Assembly: GCA_964036045.1 (NCBI GenBank)
Contig: OZ038378.1
Span: 144,770,001 to 144,834,000, forward strand
Length of the DNA: 64,000 bases
Direction of reading: 5' to 3'
Source of the DNA: Eutreptiella sp. 'Long Island Sound 2002'
Lineage: Eukaryota > Protista > Euglenida
Within the stretch, counting starts at the first letter, position 1. Every line of letters starts with the position of its first letter. Of the stretch, positions 47,157-60,959 are shown piece by piece. The notes under the pieces were generated by a model, which saw only the letters and a program-made list of their open reading frames with translations, was not told where the DNA came from and searched no databases. The translations under genes and the position numbers were made by a program.

Positions 47157-48684
47157 GTGATGCTTTTCCATGGATAGTTTTTACTGGTGTGTTGGTTTGC
47201 CGACACAACTTCAGTGTCGCACCATCTTCCAATACGAGGTTTACTTGCTGTACAATTGCACCCTGCATGACCGTCCTGACGCTTCTCGACGTACTCAGCA
47301 GTCTGCACTTCAAATATGTTCAAAACCAAATGTTTGCGCTTTGCTCTGCTCTCCCCCCAGAGTTTCATTTGATGAATTGAATTCCACAGCGGATTGCCAG
47401 ATTGGCAATGCGCTGTGAAATGCAAAGGGATTGATTGGCAATGTCTTTTACTCGGAACTGTCAGTTACAAAAGCATCCAATGGGGCAGAAGCCAACCTTC
47501 CAGGGCCATTTGTGTGTGTGCTTGCTGCAAGTTGGTGACCCCAGTGCCACATTTTTCAGGAGACCTTGTCTCGAAAGATGCCCTGCACCACCCAAGAAGG
47601 TGTTCCTTTCCCTCAGTAAGTTTTGCCAACATAGCCTTAAGACTCCATGTCTCACCACTCTATGTTGTGTCCACACAGAAGAGGGCCCAAGTGAGATTAC
47701 GTGGACACCCCATACCAACGTTGAGGGAACCCTCCCCAGTGGCTTTGGTGTCTACAGCAGCCTAATTGGTCGGCAGTTGTGGCAGTTGCTGTATGCAATA
47801 TGACTGTTTCTATTTTGTATTTTGCTGATGTTTTTTTTTCTAGTCCGGGATACTGGTGCTCCTCATTGGACATGGGAAATACCTTCCCCAACTTTTCACC
47901 TACAAACAACAATGGAAAATCATTTGAAATGACTCTCTGTGGGATTTTTGGAAAAGCACACTCCAAGGCAAAAAGGAGTGGAGAGAGGATGTGAGGATAC
48001 GCCGGAGGAGATCAAGAGTACCAGGTGTTGAGAGGTGTTGAGAGGCCAATGGCACTTCTGAAAGAGCCCAAGGTAAGGGCGGGTGGCCAAAGGCGCCACC
48101 AGCTGCAGACATCATCAATACATGCCAAAACTCTCCACTCCCATTCTGGTAGTGACCAGTTTCAAAATTTCACTGTTTTAGGAAAGATTTGCGTGGCATG
48201 GAGGGACACCACGCAGGGGCAAACAGCACCTGTGAGTAGTGGGACAATTATCCCATTCTCATAGAGCAACAGTAGGTTGATGTATACTTTTTGATTAGGA
48301 TTACTCAAGCGTGCGACATACAATTTTAAGGATCGACCATGTGTCAATTAGTGCTTTGGAAATGCTTGCCATGTATGCATCTACATTACGGGCGCTATGC
48401 ACAGACGGAAATGGGAAAGGTGCATTGCATGGTGTCTGATTTAGTCCCCTCGAAGGTAACCCAAGAATGGAGTTTTGTGTTGTTTCTGAAAAGAGAGGTC
48501 TGCGAAGGAATGCAATGCAACCCACATCAATAATGGCCGTGGTCTGTGCCCGTACACCCCGTTTTAGACGTCCTCGAGCGAACACAATTACCGGTCAACA
48601 TCCAAGAGATATTCTCTTTGCTCTTATGGTCACTAAGTTCATACAACGCGAGGAACACACAACGACGTGCATGGGGCTTTGCCA

Positions 48685-48860
48685 AGTCAAAGTGCCTGAG
48701 TTGGCCATTTTCTCGGTCACAGTGTCTGAGGTGGGCTTTTGCTGAGTCAAAGTTGCTGAATTGGGTTTCTACAAGTGTCTGGGTTGGGCATTTGCTAAGT
48801 CAAGCTGTTTGAAAATTGCTAGGTTGGGTTTGTGCAGTCAAAGTGTCTGGGTTGCTTTGC
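48685..48860. repeat. degenerate tandem repeat of about 30 bp (GTCAAAGTGTCTG core)
   Basis: The core recurs about six times. Confidence 0.5.
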
Positions 48861-50684
48861 TACTCTAGTTCCATCATCTATCATCATCATAGCCGCACGC
48901 ACATATTGCAAATCATGGACCACTTGCAGCAATGGGGACAGTGGCATGCGGTGGAGGTGCTGGTTTCGTAACACCGTGGATTCTACGGTTCTTGGCCTAG
49001 CCGCCCGCCCACGTGCATAGTAAGTATAATTGATGTTGTCAACTTGTTGGGCAATCCCACGGTTTTCGGAGTTCTGCTCGACCTAAGAGAGAGCTATGGT
49101 GAGGCAAACCCATCTCTCTTTTTCTCAACTGCCTGAAAATACCACGACGCATACAAGCACGGTATCCTTGATGTTTTGTTTACAATATTGGAATTACTGA
49201 TAATTGATCACCATGTGAGCGTTTGACACTGCCCCAACATGTTGTTGGCAGCCGAGGGACATTTCATACACTCAAACAACCCAATGTGTCGTGCAGCCGC
49301 AAGTGTACAGAGAGCGCAAGAAGGAGCTAATAGTGGTATTGGATCAAAAATGAGGTGCCGCAAACCAACAAATAGGCGTCGAAGGTGTGTGTAGCACTAC
49401 AAAGATTCAACTCTTTGGTGGTGGTGACGGTTGGAATGACGCAATGAGGGACAGCTAAAATGCAATGATTGCGATCTCTAATTTCATCAGAGGGCCAAGG
49501 GGGGCAGGAACGTAGAGACCAGAACTCCTAAGCGTAAAAAAAACAACAAATGCTATGAAGCGTTGCGGCTATGAGATTAGCTATCCTTCCAAGCTCCATC
49601 GTAAGAAGCGGGAGTTGGTACCTATGGACGCTTTCACGCGTGTTCAATGGCCAAAAGGTCGTCGAGATCGCCTTCCGTGGCTGTACATAGCGCACTTGGC
49701 GCTAAATTGCGATTCGTGATGTTGCCATGATACTTGTTTTGTGGTGCCACTTGTCATCATTTGTCCAACCAGGTGCCCATAGTTTGGCAAATTGATTTTG
49801 CATCCGTGTCCAAGGAGGTAATAGGTTTTTGCTACCATTATGCACTATTTCTTGGGCACATGTGTCATCTTTGTGTGTTTCAATTGTTGTCGTTGCATGA
49901 CAAGACGGCCAAACAAAAACTAACCGTCGCTATCTATATATGCCATTGTTGTACAACAGGATGAGTCCGCGGTCACAACGTTGAAGGAAGGGGCAATTGC
50001 AACCAAGGAGAGATGCAAAAGATGCAGGTTTGCTGTCACCATATGCTGTTGAATTGCTTGCGGCGCAGTAGTTTCTCTTCATTCCGAGCCCTTCTTCACA
50101 ACCTTTTCCCATGGTGGCCCACCATCACATCCCACTCTAGACGCCGAGAATGCATAAAACTTTGCGTTAACGCGGGCTGAACCAACCTTGCATCTGTAGA
50201 CTCTAGATTTGTAACCGAAGATGTATCTCTCTGCCCGGTGTTGAGTACCGAAGTATCAGCCTTCTGTCGACTTCAATTGTCAAGATGCCTTGCTCCTAAG
50301 ACAGGTGCTCTGGTTCTCGGTGTTGAGCTCCGAGATGCAAGCCAACGCGCGCCCTCAAACCAAAAAGCCTATGTCTCGGCCAGTGAGTACTTCCTCAGGT
50401 GCACTGAAATCTCTCTGTCAACTCTGGAGGCAACCAGAATCTATCCATTGATTTGCAGACAAAAAATACAGAAGCGGTACTGCTTTTTTTTGCAACGCAA
50501 CTTGATTGATTTGGGCGTTGTTTCTTCGTGATTGCACTTTTACCCATCACTCGCAGCACGCGCGGCTGCAGGCGGGATGTGGGTCATTGCATTGAAAAAA
50601 AAAAAAAACTGGGGTTTGTTGAAAATGGTCGGAAATTTTTCTGCTTTGTTTACTATTTCCGTTGTAGAGCACAGCATACGCAAC

Positions 50685-52293
50685 ATGGATGCAAAGCAAA
50701 GTACCTGTGCAGCCGTGATCGGAATTTCGATCGGTATGTGAAAAACAATTGCTTGTGCACAGGTTTCGATTCCGAAGATAATGTTTCTCTTCATTAAAGG
50801 AGCGTTATTCTGGCTCGCTTGGCGTTGCGTCGGCATCGTGCCAAGCCCTTGCATTTATCTGATTACCTTTGCAGGTGTCATTGCTTTTGTCAGCTTCAAC
50901 AGCGTCGCACAGAGCTCGGCCACGTCTCTGGTTGCCTCTGTTCCTACCACCGCAAGGCCTGTCACGGTCGCAGCAGCCACCAGACGTATGTGCCACCCAA
51001 GGGACATCTGCGCCTTCTCGGTGGGTGCATACTGTCGTGCAAACCGCGTCTTGCAGCAACCTTTGTTGAAGCCAATGTGAACCAAAACTTTGAGGCAAGC
51101 TTGTACAACAGCGCACAAAATGCGGAGGAGGCAGCTGCTCAGTATGAATACGAAACAGTGAGTTTGCCTGCCTCTCAGGTATGCTTGTGATGTGAAGCTG
51201 GTGGGTCACTGAATGCACACGCTTTTTTCTCGAGTCCCCCTGAGTGCCAACGTTGAAGCTCCAACGTGCCCCACGCACAGCAGCGTCTAGAGTTTTCTCT
51301 TCCAGTATGCCCGCAAATTGAACCCGAAACATACATAGCACGCTGTCTGGAATTGTGAATTCGTGCACCTGGGCCACGTGTGTAACCTGCATGCGTGGGT
51401 CTGGCTGGCCTTTCATATTTCTGCTTGCCCACCGTGTGTCTCGTATGTTTCCGCGCCTTTGCCAGGAATCCTGGGCGTGGCGATCTCTTCTGGTGCTTGG
51501 GCTCATCCCTGCGGCAGTGGTTGCTGCTGTGTCTGTCCTCCGCCGCCAGACTCAAGGTCTTGTGACACTCGAAGATGTGGAGGCAGGCGCAAGTATGTGT
51601 TCAGTGTTGTGCCGCCAAAACTTGGGCGGAACGGTTGTTGCAGCGTCTCAAACCTTGATGTTGTTTGTCCTCTTCGCAGGACCCTTTCAGTACAACACGA
51701 CGAGCCCGTTCCGCGGAACCAGTGTGCCTGGCAGGTTTTGTGCTCTGCTATGGTAGTCGGAGGGTCGAGACGGAAGGGCGAACAGGAATTCGTGCGTCGA
51801 ACTTTGTTATCGATAACCGTACACGCACTCAGTGATGAGGCAAAAAGGACGGCTGCTCCCGTGTTGCTGGAAACGTCGTAATTTTCCATCTGATACAGAG
51901 CCAGCCTGGCCCTCAGTGCAAAAAAGGATATCCATCCTGAGTATTTTGAAGAAGCCAAGGTCTACTGTGGAGGAGAGCACGTGTTTACCACATCCGGCTC
52001 GCAGGAGAAATACGTTGTTGATATCTGGTATGCACGTGGACAGCGTTGAACGGCCAGACATTTCCTGCACGAAGCCATGCTCATGTTCACGGACTGCGCT
52101 TTTCCGACTGCGCAGTGCGGATTTTCGTCATTTCACCTCAACCTACAGGTCTGGCAACCACCCCTTCTACAAAAAGGACGGTGGGCCTCTCATCGCTGAT
52201 GCGGGCCGGGTGGACAGATTTAAGAACAAGTACGGCAGTCTGGGTGGCCTCGGCGAGGTCCCTGGCGCCGGTGGTGCTAAGGAGGAGAAATAA
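50685..52293 (+). CDS. rpl31: nucleus-encoded plastid 50S ribosomal protein L31 (bL31) with euglenid-type targeting presequence, 7 exons, about 245 aa
   Basis: Exons 50685-50733, 50875-50985, 51057-51178, 51466-51592, 51680-51734, 51899-52027 and 52149-52293 total 738 nt, all GT-AG and in phase. The mature part KKDIHPEY...DIWSGNHPFY...GRVDRFKNKYG is cyanobacterial/plastid-type bL31. The N-terminus has a hydrophobic signal, an S/T/A-rich transit region and a second hydrophobic segment followed by RR. Confidence 0.93.
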
Positions 52294-55029
52294 TTGCGGT
52301 AGGCACAGTAGGAGACACGCGTTGGTTCCATGCTCGAGAACCCAGTGCACAATACTGTGCACGTTCAAATTTTAGTTGCCTGCAACACATGTGAAAAGCA
52401 AGCACCAAGTCCCGTCACCCCTGACCTTGACCCGTGCAGTCGTGTTTGTGTGTTTGGCCAACACTCTGCGCCGTGAAGGTATTGCAGTTGCACGAGGAAA
52501 CCCTGGGTTGCACGGTTTTCCCGTTGGGGTTGTCTGTGTTGGACTGCCACGTGTCCCCGCAGCCCCCTTCCCTTTCTGGGGTGCACCCGAAAAAAATCCC
52601 ACCCACGGATGAAACTGCCTGTCTGGTGCTTGTGTCCCCTGTACTGCCCCGAATGTGTTGGCTGAAGTGCAAACATTGCAACAGGAGGATGGAGCTGGGA
52701 TTGATTCTGCATGTCATCTATCAGGTGGTTATGCATCTAGGGCTCTTCTGTTATTGTTCAGACAAGGCAGTGGATTGTTGGCCGCAGCCTTTGTTTCGAC
52801 ACTGCGCACAAGACGCCCAGTCATATACTGTACAGTCCTTTACTTTGCTCGGCACTGGATAGGCTTTCTAAACCCGAAAATTGAAGCTGGTACTACCAAC
52901 TGGTGGCTGAAGATGATGTGGTTAATTTTATGTTTGTGTTTTGTGGCACAGGTTGGTGTAGACGTCGGGTTGAGATTCACAAGCAGTTGGCGTTAGCAGC
53001 AGTTGATTTTCTTTGACAGTTGTCCGAAACTGGCATTCTGAAAAATCTCGTCAAGGAGATGCACGAGATTTGTTCAGTACTGTGAGAGAGCCCAGGGTCA
53101 GGTATGATGGGGCATGGTAGGCAGAGGAGGCACGTTATATTTGACAAATGGCTCTGCGTGGCATTGGTCGTAACAAGCGAGGAGGCAAATCACGTGGCCA
53201 GGGGCAACATTAGAATACATGAATGGATAAGTTCGAATTTGATTTAGGGTGTTAGGGAAATGGGTGCGTCGATGTTGTGTTGTGGGTGAAGAGTTGCTGG
53301 TCATTTTTAGTTCTCGAATTTCCAATTTGGACGCATTTTTATAGCAAATGGTTCACATGTCCAATTTAGGGTGCACATTTTAGGCTACAGTGCATTTGCA
53401 GGTTGGTTGGTTGGACTGGCGACCAGGTGCAGCTTTGCAGCCGCCACTGAGACCACATACGGTACGAAGCCCCCCCCCCCCCCTGGGGGGGGGGGGGAAC
53501 AGTACCATGGCTTCTTGCCAAACCCCCTCCCCCCCTGGGAGGTGGGGGGGGTTGGGAAGGGAAGGTTTGGCAGTCTATGGCCATGGCAAGACTATTGTTA
53601 TTTGGGGGGGGGGGGGGGGCAGGAGCTGGCCACCGCGCGTTGGGTAGTACATCTATTTGAAGGTTAGAGCAAATTTTCTTATGGTTGCAACAAGAGGTGC
53701 CTTTTTTTTTTTGCCAAAAGATGTCATGTCCTGTGCATGTGCTCTGCATACATACAGAGAGACACAAAAATCATTCGTGGTATTGCGCTTTGCCGGGTTG
53801 TTTTGTTTTTGCCCCAAGATCTAGGTCGCCCCCCCCATTTTTCCCCAAATCTGTTTATTTTCACAACGTGCTATGGGCATTACTTTTAAAGTTGCAACCA
53901 ATAATCATTTTGTGAAATTTTACAGTGCAGCCACTCAGAATTCTTCTGGATCTTATGGCGGAAAAAAGGACCGACCAATGTTGTTATAGAATTATAGCAT
54001 GTTATCGTGTATTGCCGCTTTGGACAATCTGTTTATCATCAAACACGGGTCCATTTCCGGTTTCAGTACTGATTGTGGTGGAATTGGCCCTAGTTTGTGA
54101 TTGTTTGAAAACGAAGGAAATCTCCAGTATTGAATGGATTGCAGCAAACCGGCAATTGGTAAGAAACTTATGAACAATAAAATTCGGGTCATTTCCCCAA
54201 AAACGCTTTCATCTAGCATTCATTTTTAATACTTTGGGACCGCATGAGCGCCTTTTCCTGGCGAACGCTAAGCTGCCACCTCTGTTTCCAATGTGATTTG
54301 ACTATGTAAACCAAGAGTTCGCGATCAGATTTAGAAATCGGTTGCAAAAAAAAAGAAAGAACGACGAATGTGAATGAGGCGACACTAAACTGCAGGTTTG
54401 CATGTTCCTAAAAATCAGTAATTCTGAATCATCATGAAAAGTGCAAGTTTCAGCATCACAAAAGTTATTTATTGTGAAAAATGACATGTGATTTTGTACT
54501 TGGGGTTTGAATAACTGATTGAACCTGTCATGATTTCCAACAAACAGTAAAGCCCATTTTGACAAATCACACAGCTTTTGATGACATTGTATAAATACAC
54601 TTTGGCATAAGTTTCAGCATTGCTGGAGATGATTTTCTATGTTTTGTTATGCTATTTATTTGCTACTTTGCATTGTTTATATAGGTTGGTGTTTTGTTTG
54701 GTGACCTTGGAGTTCTCTCTTCCTATAAAAACAACAAAGTCTATTCTTTTGGGTGCATTGCTTGTGTTCATCAGTCTATAGGGACCAATTTCAACACCCC
54801 CAAGTGGCGTCAAAATCATATCCATCCTTCACTTCCGAGCAACATGTACACAAAAACCGTAATAAATACTGCGCAACGTGTGGAATACGACATAGAACAC
54901 TCCAATTATTTGAAATGTTTGCTACATTGCCGCCAACCTTTGTACTTATGTGTCTTTTTTTATTGCAAAATTTGCCTCATTGCGATTAGTTTGGCACAAT
55001 GTCCACCCATAGTGCCATGCGTCGCATCG

Positions 55030-55570
55030 TCTTAAGATTGTAAATGCAAAAGGCATGCACAACTTGTTAAGTCTCTTCACCAAATGTAAACTTTACCACA
55101 CGATGGAGTGTTCTGCTTTTCTAATCAAGCGGCACAATATTTTCGTAACCAGGCTTGTTGTCCGCGGCAAGGACCCAAATCTACCCTCCAATAGTCTTTC
55201 CATTAGCTGTGTTGCCCTAGCTTGTGTCGTGATATCCCATAGGTCGTAGACGGCCATCCATGGGTTCATACTTTATGCTCAACGGCTTTTTATTCAAGTA
55301 GTTCAGTAGCTTATTTGCTTGACGTGCATGTTTCTCTGATGGACGAGAGGTCTTATGTTGCAGTTTGTAGATTTTAAATGACTCATTCGGATAAGCGGAA
55401 GTTCCACGCCATGTGAGCGCTACGATACACGATTTGAACAATGTATGTTCTTGTTCCGTAAATACTCTTTGGGGTTCTTCTTTCGCTGATAGTGCAATGG
55501 ATTCAATATAGTGCTTCCAATGTGCGGTGATAGTAGATACCTCGTTCTTTTCGTCACGACTCGTCATCAC
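55030..55570 (-). mobile_element. Ty1/copia RT C-terminus / RNase H remnant
   Basis: LFKSCIVALTW...P...HARQANKLLNYL...IKY...GYHDTS*GN...KTIGG...PLD*KSRTLHRVV..TF.EE follows the copia RT-RNase H junction. Several in-frame stops. Confidence 0.75.
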
Positions 55571-55751
55571 CGGTATGCTGCAATACGCGGAAGTTCTGTC
55601 TTTTTTTTTTTACCAATAGGTAAGAAATCCCGGACTTGCTGACGCCAAGAATCAATGAAGCCGCGAGCACGAGACAAGAAGATGTCGTCAACATGGGCGC
55701 ACACAATCACAACCAAGGTCCTGTTCTTCGCTTCACCACAAAACCCAGCAT

Positions 55752-55776
55752 CCTAACCCTAACCTTGACCCTAACC
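55752..55776. repeat. short degenerate interstitial telomeric repeat (CCCTAA)n
   Basis: CCTAACCCTAACCTTGACCCTAACC. Confidence 0.7.
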
Positions 55777-56849
55777 TGTGCACTTAATGTAGTGTGTATC
55801 ACAACAGCATCTTTTGAAAATGCTTAGCCATTTGCACTATGGCATCAAACGGTCTTGTAGGCATTCTTTGCTGTTCTTTGCTTTGTGCCTTGTTTTTCAC
55901 GGTTTGCTATGAATTGTGGATGATTCATCTTGTGAGGTGCCCCTAGGAATTGCATTTCTGCCTCTTCTCTCCACTCTCGGCGTTCTTTTAGTTTCACCAA
56001 AATCTCACTTTTCAGTTGGCCACCTAAAACAAAAGATTCCGAGTTTTTGAAGTTTAGAAATGCTAATGACTTTCTTTTTAGATTTTTGGTTTTGTTGGAA
56101 TCTTATTCTTTAGTAGAGAATGCTTTTTTTTTTTAATGAGCGAAATCTTTTTTTTATGTTTTTGTTCATTATTTTAGATGTTTTTGACCTAAATTTCACC
56201 ATTTTCCGACATTTTTGCGCATTAAAAAACAGATTTTGCATGTAAAAAAAAGACCCCCCCCCCCCCCGGGCTAGCGGTGGTGCCCATGCAGGTGGCAATG
56301 AAGCATTCGGGTCTGTCCCAGGCGGTGTGGTGCTCGGCGCCTGCTGCAAGTCCCCATGCTACGGAACAGACCAGCCAGACCAGGACCCACCGAATAGCTT
56401 GCCGGCGTAGACATGCCAAAAAACTAAACTGACTGAGAAAGAAGGCCGCATTTCATTAAACCGAATCTCAGTGCATGGAGTATGTTCAATGGTTCACAAC
56501 GAAGGACTCTACCCTTCACCATGTCTATCATACACCGTGGGCACTGCCATGCATCGTGCTCGCACGTTCATGTGGTCATTGGTCAGTCCTACGACACTTA
56601 TAGTGGCCGAATCTAAACTGAAATCAACATCCGATGACTCCCTTGACAAAGACCCACGTACTCAATCGGGCGATGTGCTACGGCATATGCAATCTGTGCC
56701 ACACCCATAGCTTCTCAGCCCCTCTAACAACTGCGCACCGCCCAAACTCACACGGTCGCTTACCTCTGAGTCTAGCTCTTGCAGGCCCAACTCCCGCCAC
56801 TAAGACGGCTGCCTCCGCTGTACCTCCCCTACCCACTCACGAGAGTAGG

Positions 56850-57700
56850 CCCAGTGCTTAACCCTACCCTGCTCCGCCAACTGATTGGCTCTCTCATTGC
56901 CCATGACGTCGATGTGGGACGGGACACACCGGATGGAAAATAACTCCCCCTTTTCCCACACTAGGTCTAAAAGTGGCTCCTATAGGTCCCTGTGGGCCAC
57001 GTCACCTGTGGCCGTTCGCCACTGGTGCCGTCGCCAGACTGCTCTCCATTTTGTTACCCCCTTTATAGACGCACTCCGAATCTACCACCATGTGCAGTGG
57101 TTTACCCGCCGGCGGTCGTAAAAGAGCGTAAAAGGCCGCCCGCAGCTCACCTCTATTATTGGTCTCATCTTCGTCCCAGGCCAGCACAAAAGATCGTTTC
57201 GTTCATCCCCCTCGCCATACCATACATCATAACCCCCGTTAGCTGTTGGTACGCTATTTTGGACAAGCCATCGGTAAATACCACATCCCAGCCCCCCTTC
57301 TGTTTTCGGAGAAAAACTTCCTCGAAGATCTCTCTGTCTTCCGCAAGGCGCTGCTTCTTAGCCGCGCGCCGTTGTTGTTTTGATAGCAGCGTAATCACCG
57401 GCCGTGGCACTTTGTGCTCGATTTGCACCCCCGGCTGGAACCAGCACTCCAACACTGTTGTGAAGTGCCACAGATCCCAGCGTGCTATCAGGATCTCTGA
57501 TTGTCGCTGCCACGATCTGCAGACCGACAACCACTTGGCAATAAATACCTCTTTGGAATATACCTCCCCCCGGAGTGGCTTGGCACAGCGCAGTACCCAC
57601 TGTGCCCTCAAACCCGCCTATACCAGCAGACCCTGTGTGGTACCCAGGGAGAGGAGAGGCTCATCCAACACCACCCGCCTGGGCTCTACCACGTCCCCAT
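56850..57700 (-). mobile_element. non-LTR retrotransposon (LINE) remnant with RNase HI domain
   Basis: In order: WDVVFTDG, TNNRGELRAA, VVDSECVYKG, HRDL*E, VPSHIDVMGNERANQLAEQG. Frameshifts and a stop are present. Confidence 0.82.
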
Positions 57701-59004
57701 CCTTTTTCTGAATGACCCCAAACGACTGAGAGAGAGGGGGGGGGGGGCGGAGGCAGCATAAACTGTCGTTTAAATGTGTTTAAACCTGAATTTAGTTTGC
57801 ATGAATGTCAACAACCAGCATCATTGCACAAAGCATTCACAATCCACTGCTCACACAAGATAGGGGCAGTGTGTGCATCGGGCGGGTGCGATCAACATTC
57901 CAGGATGCCCCAATGCTGTGAGAGCAGCACCCCCGTATACCCCATCCCCTCAGTACGCCCCCCCCCCCCCCCGACCACAATGCTCGCCCGAGTGGGTCCT
58001 GGCCCCGCCAGTGCCCAAACACCACCAGCCTCCAGTTTGTCCTTGCATGACGTACACCTGTTTGTCTGCACACCGAATGACATCCTGGGTTCACAGAACA
58101 CAGGCAACGTGAAATTTCTGCACTCCCAAATGTTCCACCACAGTCGTGACGGTGATGGTTTTCCAGCACGTACCCTGCAGCAGCAGCGGTTACCTCCCAA
58201 GGAAAAAACAGCTGCATACATTGGCAGCTGCCCACAACGTGCACTCACCTTTTGTTGAGTGCAGTGGGTGGCAAATAAGAAGCAATGAAAGATGTCACCC
58301 TCACAGAACACTGGCACTGGCTGAGCGCAGGTCCCCAGTGGCGCACAGTGCCATGGGATGTAAGTTTTTTGGCATCGGTTGATACGGACTTGGCCAGCAC
58401 GTGAATAGAACTGCAACGCATGGGGTCTTCTTCAAGCAACTCCAAATCAGGCAAACAGACAGATGGACAGGCAAACCGTGCCTCTCAGACATCTGAAAAA
58501 TGACTTCCTGGGCCTCATCATACAGGGCCACAAGGTAGTCATCATTTACGGCTGTGTCAGGTGGCTGGACGTGTTTTTTGTTTTGCTGCGACTTATGTGT
58601 GCTCGGTCAGATGGACGCTTGTAAGTGCTCGGTCAGATGGACTGGACCAGTGTGGCAGGTAAAGCCTAACAGATTACTATCCCGCGTGGAGACTCCACAG
58701 GCCATCAGTGACGGTGGGATGTATATTTGAACCTTGAAATCCGTCACCAGCGGATGGATGCAGTGGAATATGACCGCCACGCCATAAAGGTGTCAGATGG
58801 CTGGATGTGTTTGCCAACCGTAGCACTCGCCCCCCCCCCCTTCTCCCCCGGGAAACAAGAAAGCGCTGCGAATAGCAGGAGCAACCCCACTTTCGTAAAC
58901 ACAGCGCCAGGATCTGGCCGTCAGATCCGATCATCACACATCGGCGCGCTGCAGGTTGTTGTTCTCAACTGTTGCCTCGGCTTGGACTCCCCTCAATTAA
59001 TATC

Positions 59005-59185
59005 TTTTTTTTTTGGCTCAGACCAGGATGAGCTGGCGTAGCCTGCTCACTTCACAGTACTCGAGGTGACTCCTCGGGATCAAGGTTCAGAGCTGTCCAG
59101 TGCTACGATGATCCCACAAATGACTGTGGTAGCGGATCTGACACGTAGTGTGGATTGGCTGAGTCTGAAACCAGGTGATGCAGTG
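59005..59185 (-). mobile_element. short retroposed element (LINE 3' end or SINE), copy 1, with poly(A) and TSD
   Basis: T10 at 59005-59014. TSD GGACTCCCCTCAATT(a/c)ATA(t/c)C at 58984-59004 and 59186-59206. Confidence 0.85.
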
Positions 59186-60959
59186 GGACTCCCCTCAATT
59201 CATACCATTCGCGCTGGGTCCATGGTGCAGATTCCATTATTATAGATTACGTCGCCTCCATAGTGTAAATGCAGAACTTGGTAACTCTCGCGTGCCCTCA
59301 GGCTGTGCAGCTTCGCTCTGCTGGCCAAGGCCTTGACAAAGACAGAGCATAGTTGATCAGCAGGTGCTCAAGCCTGCCAGGAAAAACACGCCCCGATCGC
59401 CCCTTGAAAGCAAGAGGCTGACCCCATTCTGCCTTGGTGTCACCTGCGGTCACCTGGCCATGGGGGATCGGTTGCATGGGGGTCGGGAATGTGTGAGAGC
59501 CCCCAACATTACAGCGGCCATAGACAGCATTCAATTCGTCCTGGCAGCCCTTGTCATGGGGCTCAATGGTCGGTACTGATTGACTGAATGCCCCTGCCTT
59601 AGACCCTCTCAGACGGTAGTCCAAAGGTGCAATGCCGCAATGAGGTCATGGTATCTGCGCTACAGCGAGTGGGTAAGAGTGGCCATCATACAGGTCACCA
59701 GGTGGTGCCAATCAGACCTGCAAAGAGAGTAAAGCGTCCGTCAATGACCGACCGCATTCTACCACTGCACACGTTCCTTGGGCTGCAAAAGCATAGCACT
59801 CGTCATGGCCTTGGGGGGGGGGTTTTGGCATGACGCCATGGTGTGATGATCTCGTCTGCAGCTGGCGGCGCCTACTGGCCGATCGCCATTCGCTGCCCTT
59901 CCCTTGGACCCTTTCCCTCCATAGGCGGTGGTGCCCATCAGCTTCTCACCACCCTTTGACCTTCCTCTTCCTCCTTGCCCTAACCTTCCCTCTCCCCTCC
60001 CCTTTCCCTTCCCTTGGCCTTTCCCTCTGTAGGCCACCGTGCCCATCGGCCTCACCACACTCCTTCCCTTCCCTTTCCCTTGGTCGGTTGTGCCAACGGA
60101 GCCCCCGGACTTGCCCTGTTTCACTTCTCTGCGTCGAGTCCACGCAGAGGAAGGCAAATGCCTTCGCCGTTGGCCAGGTGCGTCCAAGCGGCCATCCCAA
60201 GCCGGCGGTGAGGTACCTCTCCCCAACGGCGGCTGGTGGGCCCTGGGATGGCCACTTGCGGGGTCGTTTCCCCGACGGGGGCACATAACAACCTTTCTCC
60301 TCCAAGTTCCCGCGCTCAGTCCATCCTTTGGCGAGCGCAACACAAACCCCCTACCCTCTCCTTCATGCCTTTGCTGCGCGGACGGGGGTTGTGGGGGATG
60401 CGTGGGTGCACGGGGGAGTAGGATGTAGCGGGTGACGTGGGGTGGGCCTCTTACCGTCGCTGGCCGCCCACTTCGTTGCGCCACTCCCCGGACCACCTCA
60501 ACATAGGAGCGAGTTGTTGTTGGGTTGACGGTGGTGTCCCATGTTGGGTGGAGGTGCGTAGGGCCCCTTGCTGGCCCCCTTCTCCCGGCTTGGTCCGGGC
60601 GCTTGACGACGTGGTGCGTCCCTTTTCTGGTTGAGTCGCTACGCGAGGGAAGGAGTCTCTCCCCTGCTCGCTTCTCAGTGCCAGCACGCTGGGACTTACT
60701 GCCGTGGTCACTCCCTTGAGGGGGGGGGGGTTCTGCCTGGCAGAAGAAGGCACAGATGCTGACGTCATGGGCGCTGCAAAGGACCCCTGTCTCGTTTGGC
60801 ATAAATGGAGAGTTGGTGGATACCCGCGTTTATATGCAACGTACATTCCGGAATGCAGCCACTGGTCCATGAGAGTCTTTGCGCAGCAGCAAACGTGACA
60901 CACAGGCTCTACACTGTCCACTGGCCCATGCACATGAATCAGTTGTAGATTGAGCTTTT

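Noticed and set aside
55100-57000. TAG at positions where Trp is expected (copia S*G, PLD*KS; LINE DL*E), suggesting codon reassignment or RIP/APOBEC-like editing
   Set aside because: The TRAF gene ends in TAG and uses TGG for Trp. TGG-to-TAG is the commonest nonsense transition in decaying elements, and there are too few sites to claim a mutational signature.
58245-58545. RGS-like exon (YDEAQEVIFQM) and neighbouring exon-like segments on the minus strand
   Set aside because: The match is too short and no consistent splice chain could be built.
59095-59172. Box C/D snoRNA cluster (GATGA...CTGA...GGAT...CTGA in all three copies)
   Set aside because: TSDs, poly(A) polarity and variable 5' truncation show retroposed elements whose sense strand is the opposite one, and I could not identify an rRNA target. 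It should be reopened only if plus-strand small RNAs are found.
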